Shown here piece after piece: positions 9,161-21,293 of a stretch of DNA of 64,000 bases. Under the pieces are notes generated by a model that was given only the letters and a program-made list of their open reading frames with translations, searched no databases and was not told the DNA's origin. The stretch's first letter is position 1; every line of letters starts with the position of its first letter. Location: assembly GCA_017456005.1 (NCBI GenBank), contig JAFTLJ010000096.1:1597-65596 (forward strand). The letters are read 5' to 3'. The translations under genes and the position numbers were made by a program. The stretch comes from Clostridia bacterium (GTDB lineage Bacteria > Bacillota > Clostridia > Oscillospirales > CAG-272).

Positions 9161-10408
9161 ATGGAATTTTCACAGAAGATCATAGACCTCGCAAACGAAG
9201 CGGAGGTTGAACTTAAAGAAAAATTTGCAGAAATAGACAAAATAGCATATATAAACACCGCGCGCGTGCTGGACAGCTTCCGTAATCACCGCATTTCTGA
9301 AGCGATGCTTTACGGCTCCACGGGCTACGGCTACGGTGACATGGGCAGAGATGCGCTCGACGAGGTTTATGCAGACGTTTTCGGCGCGGAGGCTGCTTTC
9401 GTGCGCCATAATATAGTAAACGGTACGCAGGCTATTGCTATCGCGCTCTACGGCATTTTGCGCCCCGGCGACGTAATGCTTTCCATAACGGGCAGACCGT
9501 ACGACACGCTTTCCGAGGTCATCGGCGATAAAACGAAAAACGGCGACGGCTCACTTGCGGATTTCGGCGTTATATACGACGACGTGGCGCTCAAAAACGG
9601 CGCGCCCGACTACGAAACAATAGAAAAGAAAATCGCTGCACACGGCGACAAGCTCAAGATGGTTTATATTCAGCGCTCCAAGGGATATGAAACAAGACCT
9701 ACTTTTTCCGCAAAGGAAATAGGCGAAATGATAGCTTTTGTTAAAGCGCGCACGGGCGCTTACGTTGCCGTGGACAACTGCTACGGCGAATTTTGCGATA
9801 CGGAAGAGCCCACGGCATACGGCGCAGACCTTATTATGGGCTCGCTCATAAAGAACCCCGGCGGCGGCCTTGCCGAAACGGGTGGCTACATAGCGGGTAC
9901 AAAACGTGCCGTGGAACTTGCCTCCTACCGCCTGACCACGGTAGGCATAGGCACGGAAGCGGGCGCGACCGTAGGTCAGCTCCGCAATATGTTCAAGGGC
10001 TTCTTCTTTGCGCCGCACGTTGTGGCGCAGGCTGTGAAAACGGCGGTTTTCGCGGCGTATATGTACGAAAAGCTTGGCTTTGAAGTGTTCCCCTCTTGGA
10101 AAGAGGCTCGCCACGACATCGTGCAGACGGTGAAGTGCGGCAGTGCAGAAAAGCTTTGCGCCTTCTGCCGCGGTATTCAGGCGGCTTCCCCCATAGACTC
10201 GTTCGTAACTCCCGAGCCTTGGGCTATGCCGGGGTATGAGGACGAGGTCATTATGGCGGCAGGCGCCTTCACGCAGGGCTCTTCCATAGAGCTTTCGGCA
10301 GACGGCCCTCTGCGTGCACCATTCACGGCTTATTTCCAGGGCGGTCTTACGTACGAAAGCGGCAAATATGCCATTATGATGTCTGCAGAAGAAATGCTCA
10401 AAAATTAA
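9161..10408 (+). CDS. Methionine gamma-lyase-like PLP enzyme (YnbB / aluminium-resistance family)
   Basis: GSTGYGYGDMGRD, DNCYGEF, GSLIKNPGGG and GSSIELSADGP motifs. Confidence 0.9.
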   Translation: MEFSQKIIDLANEAEVELKEKFAEIDKIAYINTARVLDSFRNHRISEAMLYGSTGYGYGDMGRDALDEVYADVFGAEAAFVRHNIVNGTQAIAIALYGILRPGDVMLSITGRPYDTLSEVIGDKTKNGDGSLADFGVIYDDVALKNGAPDYETIEKKIAAHGDKLKMVYIQRSKGYETRPTFSAKEIGEMIAFVKARTGAYVAVDNCYGEFCDTEEPTAYGADLIMGSLIKNPGGGLAETGGYIAGTKRAVELASYRLTTVGIGTEAGATVGQLRNMFKGFFFAPHVVAQAVKTAVFAAYMYEKLGFEVFPSWKEARHDIVQTVKCGSAEKLCAFCRGIQAASPIDSFVTPEPWAMPGYEDEVIMAAGAFTQGSSIELSADGPLRAPFTAYFQGGLTYESGKYAIMMSAEEMLKN

Positions 10409-10560
10409 ACGTAAAAATCCCGAAATTTTTTCGGGATTTTTTGTTTGCGAAAATGCACGAAATATGAGTGCATTTTTGTTTTTTCTTCCCCTTGTTGCGA
10501 CATAATATTCGCCTGGGTGAATGTATAATTTAGTTGTTACAGGCAAAGGAGTTTTTGAAA

Positions 10561-11424
10561 ATGACGGAATATATATACGGTGACGTGCTTTTTATAATAA
10601 ATTTCAGCATGGATTTTATATCGCTTTTTATCTGCGGCAAAATTATGCATTTTCGTATGAACCCGTGGCGTATGGCGCTTGCCGCCACGCTCGGCGGGGT
10701 GTACGGGGTGGCATCTATTTTCTTCACGCTCGGCTTTTGGGGGGATCTCGCGCTGGATGCCATTATGGCGCTTGCGCTGTGCTTTGTGGCGCATTACCAC
10801 GGCAGTGCTGTGAAGACATTCGGCATCACGGCTATTTTTTTGGCGGTGTCCATGCTTATGGGTGGAGCGATGACTGCGCTCTATTCCAAAATAGGTAAAT
10901 ACCAAACGTATATTGAAATAGGCGGCAAGATACAAACGGTTTTTGGCGATATGCCGCTTTGGCTCTTTGCTTTCCTAGCCGCTGTTTCCGCTTTTCTTAC
11001 GTTCTTTTTGCAAAAAGCCGCACACAGGCGAATGAGCGCGCGCGTATGCAGGGTGCGTATTACATTTTCCGAGGGAGTGTATGAGTTTTCTGCGCTTGTG
11101 GATACGGGTAATATGGCGAGCGAGCCCGTTTCGGGAGGTGCGGTTGTATTTCTTTCCGAATCTGCCGTGAAGCGCTTGCGCGGTAGAAGCCGCGAGCTGC
11201 TTTTTACCGATGCGGGAAGCGTAGAGGGCGAGGAAGCAAGGCTAGTGCGCTTCATACCCGTAAACACGGTTTCCGGATACACCCTGGTTTCGGCAATACG
11301 CCCGCAAAAATTTGAAATAGCGGCGAAGCGCGTTTTCGAGCCGAGAAACGTGCTTGTGGCACGCGATGGCTTTTCCGTTGACTACGGCGGAGCAGAAGCG
11401 CTAGTGCCGCATTCCTTACTATAG
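10561..11424 (+). CDS. spoIIGA: Sigma-E processing aspartic peptidase
   Basis: [14 protein letters not shown] start, 5 TMs, LVDTGN catalytic motif; lies directly upstream of sigE. Confidence 0.88.
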   Translation: MTEYIYGDVLFIINFSMDFISLFICGKIMHFRMNPWRMALAATLGGVYGVASIFFTLGFWGDLALDAIMALALCFVAHYHGSAVKTFGITAIFLAVSMLMGGAMTALYSKIGKYQTYIEIGGKIQTVFGDMPLWLFAFLAAVSAFLTFFLQKAAHRRMSARVCRVRITFSEGVYEFSALVDTGNMASEPVSGGAVVFLSESAVKRLRGRSRELLFTDAGSVEGEEARLVRFIPVNTVSGYTLVSAIRPQKFEIAAKRVFEPRNVLVARDGFSVDYGGAEALVPHSLL

Positions 11425-11452
11425 ATTTTATGATATATTTTTGGAGGATATA

Positions 11453-12160
11453 ATGCTTTTTTTGAAAATCAAACTTAAAATTTTTGCCTTGTTAAAAAGG
11501 CTGGGGCTTCTCGGCGGAACGTATTATATAAGCAGCGCGGAAACGTTGCCGCCGCCGATGAGCGCGGAGGAGGAAAACGACGTAATACTGCGCTTGGAGG
11601 AAGAGCCGGAGCTGCGCCGTGCGCTCGTGGAGCGCAACCTGCGGCTCGTGGTCTATATAGCGAAAAAATTTGAAAACACGGGCGTGAACATAGAGGACCT
11701 TATTTCCATAGGCACCATAGGGCTGATAAAGGCGGCGAACACGTTTCGGGCAGACAAAAACATAAAGCTCGCCACATATGCTTCGCGTTGTATTGAAAAC
11801 GAGATACTTATGTATATAAGGAAAAACAGCGGCAGGCGGCGCGAGCTTTCCTTCGATGAGCCGCTGAACGTGGATAGGGACGGCAACGAGCTCTTGCTTT
11901 CCGACATTTTGGGGAGCGAAGGCGATACTGTTAGCGAAAGTATAGAAACGGCAGAGGAAAAAAAGATAATAGAAGAAGCTGTGAAAAGCCTTTCGCGCCG
12001 CGAAAGGGAAATAATAGAGCTTCGCTTTGGCTTGGGAGGCAGGCGCGAACTTACGCAAAAAGAGACCGCAAAGGTGCTTGGAATCTCTCAATCTTACATT
12101 TCAAGGCTCGAAAAGAAGATAATTGAGCGCCTGAAAAAAGAAATTTCGGGAAAAATTTAA
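11453..12160 (+). CDS. sigE: RNA polymerase sporulation sigma factor pro-SigE
   Basis: Basic amphipathic pro-sequence then [12 protein letters not shown]; [43 protein letters not shown]. Confidence 0.93.
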   Translation: MLFLKIKLKIFALLKRLGLLGGTYYISSAETLPPPMSAEEENDVILRLEEEPELRRALVERNLRLVVYIAKKFENTGVNIEDLISIGTIGLIKAANTFRADKNIKLATYASRCIENEILMYIRKNSGRRRELSFDEPLNVDRDGNELLLSDILGSEGDTVSESIETAEEKKIIEEAVKSLSRREREIIELRFGLGGRRELTQKETAKVLGISQSYISRLEKKIIERLKKEISGKI

Positions 12161-12244
12161 ACTTTTTTCAGAAAACACTTGCAAAATGCAAATTTATATG
12201 GTATAGTAAACGCATATGAAAATCTTTAAGTGAGGTGTTAAGCG

Positions 12245-12448
12245 ATGAAAGAAGGAATACATCCTAACTACGTTGACGCGAAAATCATTTGCGCGTGCGG
12301 CGAAGTTATAAATACAAAATCTACAAAAGGTGACTACCACGTGGAAGTTTGTTCCAAATGCCACCCGTTCTTCACCGGTAAGCAGAAATTCGTTGATGCC
12401 GGCGGCCGTGTAGATAAGTTCAAAAAACGTCTTGAAAGCAAGAAATAA
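12245..12448 (+). CDS. rpmE: 50S ribosomal protein L31 (zinc-binding C+ type)
   Basis: [32 protein letters not shown]. Confidence 0.97.
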   Translation: MKEGIHPNYVDAKIICACGEVINTKSTKGDYHVEVCSKCHPFFTGKQKFVDAGGRVDKFKKRLESKK

Positions 12449-12590
12449 TTTTAATTTGAACTTTGCAAAGTGAGCGTGAAATCCGAGGGCGACTTTCGGG
12501 TTTTGCGCTCTTTCTCTTTGAAGGATTTTTTTATTTTGCATTTTACGGGGCATATCGTTTATTACCTTAGTTTTGAAAGGCGGTTTCACT

Positions 12591-13862
12591 ATGGCGGAAA
12601 ATAATATTTTTGAAAAAGACGGCGGCACGCGCGCGGTGCTTGTTTCCGTCGTACCAAAGGGCGCGGACGAGCGCGAATACGAGGTTTCCTTCGATGAGCT
12701 TGCACGCCTTGCCGACACGGCGGGGGCAGAGGTTTTTGCACGCCTTACACAGCAGAAGGAAAACCCCGACGTGCGCACTTATATAGGGAAGGGAAAAGTA
12801 GAGGAGCTGGCGAAGCTTTGTGAGGCAAACGACGTGGACGTTGTTATTTTCGATGACGAGCTCACGCCATCCCAGATAAAGAATATAGAAAATGATATAG
12901 GCGGCGACGTGCGCGTTATAGACCGCAGTATGCTCATACTGGATATATTTGCCCTTCATGCCGTAAGCGGCGAGGGCAAAACACAGGTAGAGCTCGCACA
13001 GCTGAAATACACAGTGCCGCGCCTTACAGGCAAGGGCACGGAAATGTCGCGCCTTGGCGGCGGTATAGGCACGCGAGGCCCCGGCGAAAGCAAGCTGGAA
13101 ACAGACAGGCGCCACATAAAAAGACGCATTGCAGCCCTGGAAGAGGATATACGCGAAATGGCGAAGAACCGCGCCACACAGCGCGTTCAGCGCGACCGTA
13201 CGGGCATTTTCAAAATAGCCATTGCGGGCTACACCAACGCGGGCAAATCCACACTGCTAAACTATCTTACGGGTGCCGGAATTTTGGCGGAGGACAAGCT
13301 CTTTGCCACGCTTGACCCCACCACGCGCAAATTCACTCTGCCGTGCGGCGACGATGTACTGCTTACGGACACGGTTGGCTTTATACGCAGGCTACCGCAC
13401 CAGCTTGTGAATGCCTTCCGTTCCACACTTGACGAGGTATCGTTTGCCGATGCCATTCTCGTTGTAATAGACGCTTCCGACCCGGAGGCGGATGCACAGG
13501 GCGATGTTTCCATGAAGCTTATCCACGAGCTGGGCGCAGAGGGCACGCCTGTGGTGTCCGTATACAACAAATGCGATATGGCGGCAGGCTTTATACCGCG
13601 TACTCCCACGGCGCAGAGCTTTCTTATATCCGCCAAAACGGGCGAGGGTATAGAAGCGCTTGTGGCGAAAATGGAAGAGATCGCGCACGACGGCACAAAG
13701 GAATATATTTTTGAAATACCGCACAGCGAAATGTACGCTATGAGCAAGCTGTATGAATTTGCGGCCGTTAAAGATGTGGAATACACGGAGAACGGCGCGA
13801 GCGTGCGCGCCGTGGCAGACAAGAAAAGCGCGGGTATGTTCGCGAAATACATAAAGAAGTAA
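12591..13862 (+). CDS. hflX: GTPase HflX
   Basis: GIGTRGPGESKLETDRR, GYTNAGKSTL, DKLFATLDPT, DTVGFI, NKCD motifs. Confidence 0.96.
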   Translation: MAENNIFEKDGGTRAVLVSVVPKGADEREYEVSFDELARLADTAGAEVFARLTQQKENPDVRTYIGKGKVEELAKLCEANDVDVVIFDDELTPSQIKNIENDIGGDVRVIDRSMLILDIFALHAVSGEGKTQVELAQLKYTVPRLTGKGTEMSRLGGGIGTRGPGESKLETDRRHIKRRIAALEEDIREMAKNRATQRVQRDRTGIFKIAIAGYTNAGKSTLLNYLTGAGILAEDKLFATLDPTTRKFTLPCGDDVLLTDTVGFIRRLPHQLVNAFRSTLDEVSFADAILVVIDASDPEADAQGDVSMKLIHELGAEGTPVVSVYNKCDMAAGFIPRTPTAQSFLISAKTGEGIEALVAKMEEIAHDGTKEYIFEIPHSEMYAMSKLYEFAAVKDVEYTENGASVRAVADKKSAGMFAKYIKK

Positions 13863-13872
13863 GGTGCGTGTT

Positions 13873-14496
13873 ATGGAAAAATTCAGAACCGTAAAAAAAG
13901 CGGGGCACGCCGAGCTTACAGAGAAAAAATCTGTTTTTATAGGCGACATTGCCCACGTTGAAAGCGAAGAAGAGGCAAAAGCCTTTGTGGAAGAGAAGCG
14001 CAAGGCATACCGCGATGCACGCCACGTAGTGTTTGCTTATATAGTAGGCAATACGATGCGCTACAGCGACGATGGCGAACCGCAGGGCACGGGCGGACCG
14101 CCTGTATTGGACGTTATAAAAAAGAACGGTCTTACGGGAGTGGTGCTGACGGTGGTGCGCATTTTCGGCGGCATTTTGCTCGGCGCGGGCGGGCTTACGC
14201 GCGCCTACTCCGGCGCGGCAGCAGCAGCTTGTGCGGCGGCAGAATGTGCTTTTTTTGAAGAATACGAAGAATACGCGCTCGAAATAGATTACACGGAGTA
14301 TCAAAAGCTGCTCTACGAAATAACTCAGGCTGGCGGAAAAATAACATCTACGGATTTTTCGAATAACGTAAGCCTTTGCTTTTCCTCGCCTGCGAGAATA
14401 GCGGGGCGTGTTTGCGCAAAAATAACGGCGGCGACAAACGGAAAGCGCACCCCTGCGCTCGTGCGCAAATATTTTGACGAAGAAAAGCTAAAATGA
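13873..14496 (+). CDS. YigZ/IMPACT family protein
   Basis: EKKSVFIG, SDDGEPQGTGG, VVRIFGGILLGAGGLTRAYS motifs. Confidence 0.92.
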   Translation: MEKFRTVKKAGHAELTEKKSVFIGDIAHVESEEEAKAFVEEKRKAYRDARHVVFAYIVGNTMRYSDDGEPQGTGGPPVLDVIKKNGLTGVVLTVVRIFGGILLGAGGLTRAYSGAAAAACAAAECAFFEEYEEYALEIDYTEYQKLLYEITQAGGKITSTDFSNNVSLCFSSPARIAGRVCAKITAATNGKRTPALVRKYFDEEKLK

Positions 14497-14705
14497 TAAA
14501 AAAATAAAAATTTTTTAAAAATAAAAAAGGTTTTTTAAAAAAAAATTCGTATCTTAGTATTAAAAGGTGTTTTTGCCTTTGATATTTCCGCGTGCAATAG
14601 GATTGAAAGCATCTTTAAAGAATATTATAAATACGCGGTCTGTTTTGGTCCGGATTTTAATTTGCTTCAATAATTTATATATAATATAAAACGGGAGGGT
14701 GGAAC

Positions 14706-16460
14706 TTGGTAATTACGCAAAGCTTTGTGGAAGAGCTGAAATACAGAAACAGAATAGAAGACGTTATATCCTCCTACGTTACACTTAAAAGAGGCGGCTC
14801 CAATAAAATAGGGCTTTGCCCGTTCCATTCGGAAAAAACGCCTTCCTTCACCGTTTTTACGGGCACGGAGACCTTCAAATGCTTCGGATGCGGCGCGGGC
14901 GGCGATGTTATCACGTTTATTATGCGTGCCGAGAACCTCGATTATATTTCCGCGCTGGAGTTTTTGGCGAAAAGATCGGGGCTTGAAATGCCCGGAGAAA
15001 CAGAAAATAAAAGCGAGATAGTAAAGCGCTCCCGTATGCATGAAATGAACAGGGAAGCGGCGAGGTACTTTAACAAAATGCTCTACGAGCCTTGCGCAGA
15101 GCCTGCGCGTGCGTACCTTGCCAAAAGAAAGCTTTCCTCTTCTGCGGTAAAGCGCTTCGGCTTGGGCTTTGCCCCACCGAGCTTCGATGCCCTGCGGAAT
15201 TATATGCACGCGAAGGGCTATCGCGACGAAGAGCTGCGCGAAGCCTTCCTTTGCGGCAAAAGCGAGCGCACGGGCAAATATTTCGACTATTTCCGCGGAA
15301 GGCTTATCTTCCCGATAATAGATAACCTTGGCAATGTTGTGGGCTTCGGCGGCAGAGCCACAGACGACGAAACGAAGCCGAAATACTTAAATACCTCGGA
15401 TACGCCTGTATTTAAAAAGAGCCGCAACCTTTTTGCACTCAATTTTGCGCGTACCTGTTGTGAGGAATATATTATTCTTTGCGAGGGGTATATGGACGTT
15501 ATAGCGGTCAACATAGCAGGCTTTGCCAATGCTGTCGCCACACTTGGTACGGCACTTACTTCAGACCAAGCGCGTATTATGGCTAAGTACACGAAAAAGG
15601 TCGTAATAGCATACGACAGCGACGAAGCGGGTCAGGCAGCGGCGAAACGCGCCATACCGCTTTTGGAGGAAGCGGGGCTGGAGGTAAGCGTGCTGAAAGT
15701 AAAGGACGCAAAGGACCCCGACGAATACATTAAAAAATTCGGTGCAGAAAAATTCCGCACACTGATAGAGGGAAGCCGCGGAAAATTCGATTTTCTGTGC
15801 GACAGCGTGCTGAAAAAGCACGATCTGGAAATTCCCGATGAAAAGGTGAAGGCGGCGCGCGAAATATGCGAGCTTATTGCGGATATATATTCAAACGTTG
15901 AACGCACCGTGTATATAGCCAAGGCGGCTGAAAGGCTGGGTATAGAGGCAAAGAGCCTTTCCTCCGACGTGGCGCGTATACGCCGCAAGAAGTACAAGGA
16001 AGACGAAAACGAAAAAATACGCAAAATAATTTCCGATACTTCCGGCTACGGCGACAGAGTAAACCGCGAAATGGTGGGCAATACGAAGGCCGCAAGGGCA
16101 GAGGAAGCCATAATAGGGCTGATTATGCTGAAGCCCGAGCTTTTTGGAAAAATAAAAAGCGGCGAGATACCGCTTTCCGCAGACGATTTCAAAACGTCCT
16201 TCGGCAAAAAGGTTTTCGAAGCTGTCGAAAGGCAGGAGGGCAGGGCGGATATCGGCTTGCTCGGCGCGGAATTTACCGTGGACGAAATATCGCGCATAAG
16301 CGATATGCAGCGAAAGCGCGCGGAGCTTGCGAAAAATGACGAAACCGTGCTTACAGACAGCATAAACACGCTGAAAAAAGAAAAAAATGTTGCGCAAAGC
16401 GGCGACGAGCTGGAAGACGCAATGAAAATAATACTTTTGAAGAAAAAAAGCAGTAAATAA
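14706..16460 (+). CDS. dnaG: DNA primase
   Basis: [11 protein letters not shown] zinc finger, [13 protein letters not shown], Toprim EGYMD and YDSDEAG; TTG start after GGAGGG. Confidence 0.97.
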   Translation: MVITQSFVEELKYRNRIEDVISSYVTLKRGGSNKIGLCPFHSEKTPSFTVFTGTETFKCFGCGAGGDVITFIMRAENLDYISALEFLAKRSGLEMPGETENKSEIVKRSRMHEMNREAARYFNKMLYEPCAEPARAYLAKRKLSSSAVKRFGLGFAPPSFDALRNYMHAKGYRDEELREAFLCGKSERTGKYFDYFRGRLIFPIIDNLGNVVGFGGRATDDETKPKYLNTSDTPVFKKSRNLFALNFARTCCEEYIILCEGYMDVIAVNIAGFANAVATLGTALTSDQARIMAKYTKKVVIAYDSDEAGQAAAKRAIPLLEEAGLEVSVLKVKDAKDPDEYIKKFGAEKFRTLIEGSRGKFDFLCDSVLKKHDLEIPDEKVKAAREICELIADIYSNVERTVYIAKAAERLGIEAKSLSSDVARIRRKKYKEDENEKIRKIISDTSGYGDRVNREMVGNTKAARAEEAIIGLIMLKPELFGKIKSGEIPLSADDFKTSFGKKVFEAVERQEGRADIGLLGAEFTVDEISRISDMQRKRAELAKNDETVLTDSINTLKKEKNVAQSGDELEDAMKIILLKKKSSK

Positions 16461-16479
16461 AACTGTGGGAGGTTTTACA

Positions 16480-17760
16480 ATGGAAAACAACGAAAACAAA
16501 GAAGCTATGGAAGAAAAAGCTCCTCCGGCAAGAAAGCCGAGAGCGAAAAAGAGCTCTTCCTCTGCTTCCGGCAGTGCACCTAAAAGAAAGAAGAGAGAGG
16601 AAATAAACGTAGACGATTATCTCGGACACAATACTCCTGCAAAGCCGAAGGAAGACGTGCTTGCAGACGAAAAGCCTGTTAATATCCAGGATCTTATAGA
16701 CAAGGCGAAAGCGAAAGGCACGCTTTCCAACAGCGAGATCATGATGGCGCTCGGCAACAGCGATTACGACATAGACCAGATAGACAAGCTCTATGAAGCG
16801 CTCGAAGGGCTCGGAATAGACGTTACGGAATGCTTTGCAGACGATGACGGGCTCGACGATGATATCGAAAACGACCTTGAAAGCTACGAAAGCGCTGAAA
16901 ATATGGAAGCGCTTCTCGCGCAGAAGGGGCTTGCGATAGACGACCCCGTTAAGATGTACCTCAAGGAAATAGGCAAGGTTCCGCTTCTCACGCTCGAACG
17001 CGAAGCAGAGCTTTCAAAGCGTATGTCCGAAGGCGATGAAAAAGCAAAGCAGGAGCTTGTTGAAGCCAACCTCCGCCTTGTTGTAAGCATCGCGAAAAGA
17101 TACGTGGGCAAGGGCCTTTTCTTCCTTGATCTTATTCAGGAGGGCAACCTCGGCCTTATGAAAGCCGTTTCCAAATTCGACTATACAAAGGGCTACAAAT
17201 TTTCCACATACGCAACATGGTGGATAAGACAGGCTATCACGCGCGCTATAGCAGACCAGGCAAGAACTATACGTATCCCCGTGCATATGGTGGAAACCAT
17301 CCATAAGGTAACGAAGGTTCAGCGCCAGATGCTCCAGGAATGCGGACGCGACGTTTCCGCAGAGGAAATTGCAAAAGAGATGAATATGAGCTCCGAAAAG
17401 GTGCGCGAGATCATTAAGATCGCGCAGGACCCCATTTCTCTCGAAACCCCTGTCGGCGAGGAAGAAGACAGCCATATAGGCGACTTTATCGAAGACGATG
17501 CTTCCCCCGCGCCTGCGGATGCGGCAAGCTACACGCTCCTTCGCGAACAGCTCAACGAAGTACTCCATACGCTTACCCCCAGAGAAGAGCAGGTGCTCAA
17601 GCTCCGTTTCGGGCTTGAAGACGGCAGAACACGCACGCTCGAGGAGGTTGGCCAGCAGTTCAATATTACAAGGGAACGTATACGCCAGATAGAGGCAAAA
17701 GCGCTCCGCAAGTTGCGCCACCCCAGCCGTTCCAAGAAACTTAAGGATTATCTTGATTGA
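16480..17760 (+). CDS. rpoD: Primary sigma factor RpoD/SigA
   Basis: [65 protein letters not shown]; follows dnaG. Confidence 0.97.
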   Translation: MENNENKEAMEEKAPPARKPRAKKSSSSASGSAPKRKKREEINVDDYLGHNTPAKPKEDVLADEKPVNIQDLIDKAKAKGTLSNSEIMMALGNSDYDIDQIDKLYEALEGLGIDVTECFADDDGLDDDIENDLESYESAENMEALLAQKGLAIDDPVKMYLKEIGKVPLLTLEREAELSKRMSEGDEKAKQELVEANLRLVVSIAKRYVGKGLFFLDLIQEGNLGLMKAVSKFDYTKGYKFSTYATWWIRQAITRAIADQARTIRIPVHMVETIHKVTKVQRQMLQECGRDVSAEEIAKEMNMSSEKVREIIKIAQDPISLETPVGEEEDSHIGDFIEDDASPAPADAASYTLLREQLNEVLHTLTPREEQVLKLRFGLEDGRTRTLEEVGQQFNITRERIRQIEAKALRKLRHPSRSKKLKDYLD

Positions 17761-18068
17761 TTTGTTTAATTGCAGATGTACAAATTATTTTGCGAAAGTT
17801 GTGACAAATTCACATCGAATTGTGGATTTGGTAAAAAACGAACTTGAAACTTTGTGAAATATAACGGTAATTCATTAAAAAAAACCAAAAAAACTCATTT
17901 TAAGAGGCTTTTTGATGTCACTATGTTCCAAAAAAGAACTTGACACAAAAAGCCTTTTGGTGTACAATAGAATTGTTACATAATACCCTATATTTATGTG
18001 AAAAAGTATAGGAAAAGCTTTCGCACAAAAGCGAAAATTGTGCAGATTTTTTTCGGAGGGAGTTCCAA

Positions 18069-21000
18069 ATGTTAAAGAAAATTTTGTCGTTAACCCTTTG
18101 TCTTTGCATATGCCTCGGCGTAGTTTTTTCTGCGACCTCTTGCGGTTCTAAAGAAGAAACAACGAGCAACACGGGCAGCACAGACGCAGTACCCACAACA
18201 CTCAGCTTTTTGGGCGTAACATCCGAGGTTACAAACCAGGAAAATGTTCAGATGGTTGAAGATGCTCTCAATGATATTTTTTCAGCGAGATACAAAACAA
18301 AAATAGACCTTACTCTTGTTACTGAAAATGAGTATATGGACCTCATTAAAGAAAGAGTAGAGCAAGCTGAATACTGGAAAAAATACGATGAATCCATCGC
18401 TCAGTATAATGCTTATATCAAAACCAAAGCTAACCAGACGGGCACAGGCACCGATAAAATATTCGGTAACTGGATAGCTAACGAGGTTGTTGTAAGTCTT
18501 GAAACACTCGCAACACGCCTTATCTATGTTTCCGAGCAGACAACTGTATACGAAGACGGCAGAGTTGAAACTCTTTACCCGGAAGCAACACCTATCGACA
18601 TTGTTATGATCCTCGATGAGGAAATGTACGATGAGTTCAACAACATGGGCCTTTTGCTCAGCACTATCGACCCCAACTACGCTTGCTATAAAACTCTTCA
18701 GAAATATATTTACCCGACGTTCTTTACAGAACTCAATAACCTTAAAGGTACTATAAACGCTATCCCCAACAATAACTTGCTCGCAGAATCCACATACCTC
18801 GTTGTAAACAAAGAGGTTGCTGATATTGCGAAGTTCGATATCAATACTTTCAAAGGTTACGGAGATCTCGTAGGCGTTCTTGCTGCCGCAAAAGCACAGG
18901 GTAAATACGCACCCTTCAAAGAAGTTCCCGAAGCGCTCGGCGTTTTCAAACTCTTCTCCGAAGATGTTGCTATCGGCGCATACTTCGACCCCATGGTTGG
19001 TTATAATCCTTCCGAAGGCGAAGAATATGCAGGATATGATATAAAGAACCTCTTTGAAATTCCTGAATATGTAAACCATCTTGAACTTATGGAAGCATAT
19101 ACAAAAGAAGGTTACTTCTCCAAAGAGCATATGGCTAACGGTTATGCGGTTCAGGTTGTTAAAGGCGATGCTTCCGTATATGAAAAATATGCGGCAAAAG
19201 ATTCCGAATATTATGTAAAAGAGATCCAGATCCCGTTCGTTCTCAGAGAAGCTATCTTCGACGGTATGCTTGCTCCTACCTCCTACACGGAAAGCCCCGA
19301 ACGCGCAATGGAGATCATTACTGCTATCAACACAGACCCCGAAGTTAAAAACCTTCTTCAGTACGGTATATACGAATATAACTATATCAAGAACGAAGAA
19401 GACGGCACTGTTATCAGACTTAACTCTGAATATATGATGGAAAACGCATATACGGGTAACGTATATATGGGTCTTCTTGAATTCGATATGGGCGAAACAT
19501 CTTGGGCATACGTTAAGCAGACAAACCTTGCTTCTGCTGCTTCTCCTTTCCTTACGTTCCCCGTTGACGAAAAATATTTGCAGTCTAACCTTAAAAAGAT
19601 CCTTCAGGATGCAGCTCTTGCAGAAGCTCTTTACACAGGAATAAAGATCACTTTCGATGAATACAGAAATGCTTCCGGTTCTACATTGGTAAGTTACAAC
19701 GGTATGCTTAAAAATGCATATAAGGACTATTTCCTTAAACGACTTGTAGATGACAGCAAAGCTACAGCCGATACTGCTGAAAGCGTATTCCTTGGTTCCA
19801 GCGTGGCTATTTCTTGGTACGAAGAACAGATCGCAAACAAGATAATCTCTGAAAAATACGATTACATCCGCACTCTCGAAGAAACCGATGTTCTTGTAGG
19901 CAGCAAGCTTTCCGCAGGTATCGTATCCTACGATGACTACGAAAAAGCAAGAACAAAAGCTCAGGACTATATCGAACAGATCGAAAGCCTTAAGGTTATC
20001 ACACGTATCACTCTCTTCGACAACTTGTCCGAAGCGGAATACAACGAAAGATACGGCAAACTCGATATGGCTTCTTTCGAAACGGCTGTATATAACTACA
20101 TCCGCGATAACTTTATTAAAGAAAACAATATCACGGATGAAGACTACGAAAAACTCGTACAGGACTTCATCGCTGTAGAATTCAAATTTGTAAACGCAAA
20201 CAAAGTTGAGTATACATACACTTGGGAAGATTTCGAAAAGATCAAAGCAGATGCAAAGAAGTTCTCTGAAGCACTCGATAAAGCAAGAACTGAATATGCA
20301 GAAATGCTTGCAAACGAAGGTATTAAAGAAGAAGCTATCAATTCTAAAACAGATGAAGAATTGGTTCAGGTAATTCTTGATACTATCAGAATGAACTACT
20401 ACCGTTCCAAGAACTATACTCCCGAAGCGTTCAAGACAAATATTTACAACAGCGTTGTTCTTAAAAAGTACAATTATACTTATGAAGAATTCAATAAGCT
20501 CAAAAATACAGATAACGAAAAATATAAGAGCCTTTTGAAGACAATTAAGAAAGACTACAAGAAGCAGCTTCTCGAAATGTACACAAAAGAAGAATATGAG
20601 CTTCTTGCAGACAACAAGGCATTTGCTGCTTTGGCAGATTACTACATTGAGTACTACTCCAAAGCCGAAGCAAGCCTCCGTGATGTAATGGGTCTTTCCA
20701 AAACGGAATATAAAGATCTTTATTACCACGCTTGCGAATATATCAAGTGCGTAGAAAAGATTAAAAAATACTTCATTTACACACTTAGTACAATGTATGA
20801 TGATGCTTATATCAACTCCTTGAGCATTGAAGAACTTGAAGAGGTTGTTTACGGTGCAGTTTACAATTCCGGCTACTACATGAGCCAGGTTGCACAGTGC
20901 ATAGGTACAGACCTTTCCACCTATAACAGCTCCAAGGGCGATGCTGCTGCATACCTCAAATACCTTGATACTATTGTAGAAACTTATAAGACGAAGTTGC

Positions 21001-21293
21001 AGGCTAAAGGCTATGACCTTACAGAACTCAAATCCTACAGCCCCAACAAGATTGAAGAAATCGTTCGTGAAATTATAAGAGAAGAGCAGTTCAGCAACTA
21101 CAAGACGATCGACGTTGTAATCGCGGAAATGTGCAAAGACAGACTTGCCGGTGTTGAAACAACATACACCAATATCGGCGACTACTGCAAAAAACAGGCG
21201 GCAGAGCTTTCCGACAATTACCTCTTCAAAGCGCTTGTAACTTACCTCAACAACGACCTTCAGGCACAGCTTGAAGCAAATAATGCAAAATAA
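18069..21293 (+). CDS. Very large lipoprotein: N-terminal extracellular solute-binding-like domain plus ~570-aa helical Tyr/Lys/Glu-rich extension
   Basis: Lipobox ATSC; SBP-like segments (VEDALNDIF..KTKIDL, AIPNN, PERAMEIITAINTDPEVKNLLQYG); codon usage like dnaK/guaB; own terminator at ~21316-21352. Confidence 0.75.
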   Translation: MLKKILSLTLCLCICLGVVFSATSCGSKEETTSNTGSTDAVPTTLSFLGVTSEVTNQENVQMVEDALNDIFSARYKTKIDLTLVTENEYMDLIKERVEQAEYWKKYDESIAQYNAYIKTKANQTGTGTDKIFGNWIANEVVVSLETLATRLIYVSEQTTVYEDGRVETLYPEATPIDIVMILDEEMYDEFNNMGLLLSTIDPNYACYKTLQKYIYPTFFTELNNLKGTINAIPNNNLLAESTYLVVNKEVADIAKFDINTFKGYGDLVGVLAAAKAQGKYAPFKEVPEALGVFKLFSEDVAIGAYFDPMVGYNPSEGEEYAGYDIKNLFEIPEYVNHLELMEAYTKEGYFSKEHMANGYAVQVVKGDASVYEKYAAKDSEYYVKEIQIPFVLREAIFDGMLAPTSYTESPERAMEIITAINTDPEVKNLLQYGIYEYNYIKNEEDGTVIRLNSEYMMENAYTGNVYMGLLEFDMGETSWAYVKQTNLASAASPFLTFPVDEKYLQSNLKKILQDAALAEALYTGIKITFDEYRNASGSTLVSYNGMLKNAYKDYFLKRLVDDSKATADTAESVFLGSSVAISWYEEQIANKIISEKYDYIRTLEETDVLVGSKLSAGIVSYDDYEKARTKAQDYIEQIESLKVITRITLFDNLSEAEYNERYGKLDMASFETAVYNYIRDNFIKENNITDEDYEKLVQDFIAVEFKFVNANKVEYTYTWEDFEKIKADAKKFSEALDKARTEYAEMLANEGIKEEAINSKTDEELVQVILDTIRMNYYRSKNYTPEAFKTNIYNSVVLKKYNYTYEEFNKLKNTDNEKYKSLLKTIKKDYKKQLLEMYTKEEYELLADNKAFAALADYYIEYYSKAEASLRDVMGLSKTEYKDLYYHACEYIKCVEKIKKYFIYTLSTMYDDAYINSLSIEELEEVVYGAVYNSGYYMSQVAQCIGTDLSTYNSSKGDAAAYLKYLDTIVETYKTKLQAKGYDLTELKSYSPNKIEEIVREIIREEQFSNYKTIDVVIAEMCKDRLAGVETTYTNIGDYCKKQAAELSDNYLFKALVTYLNNDLQAQLEANNAK

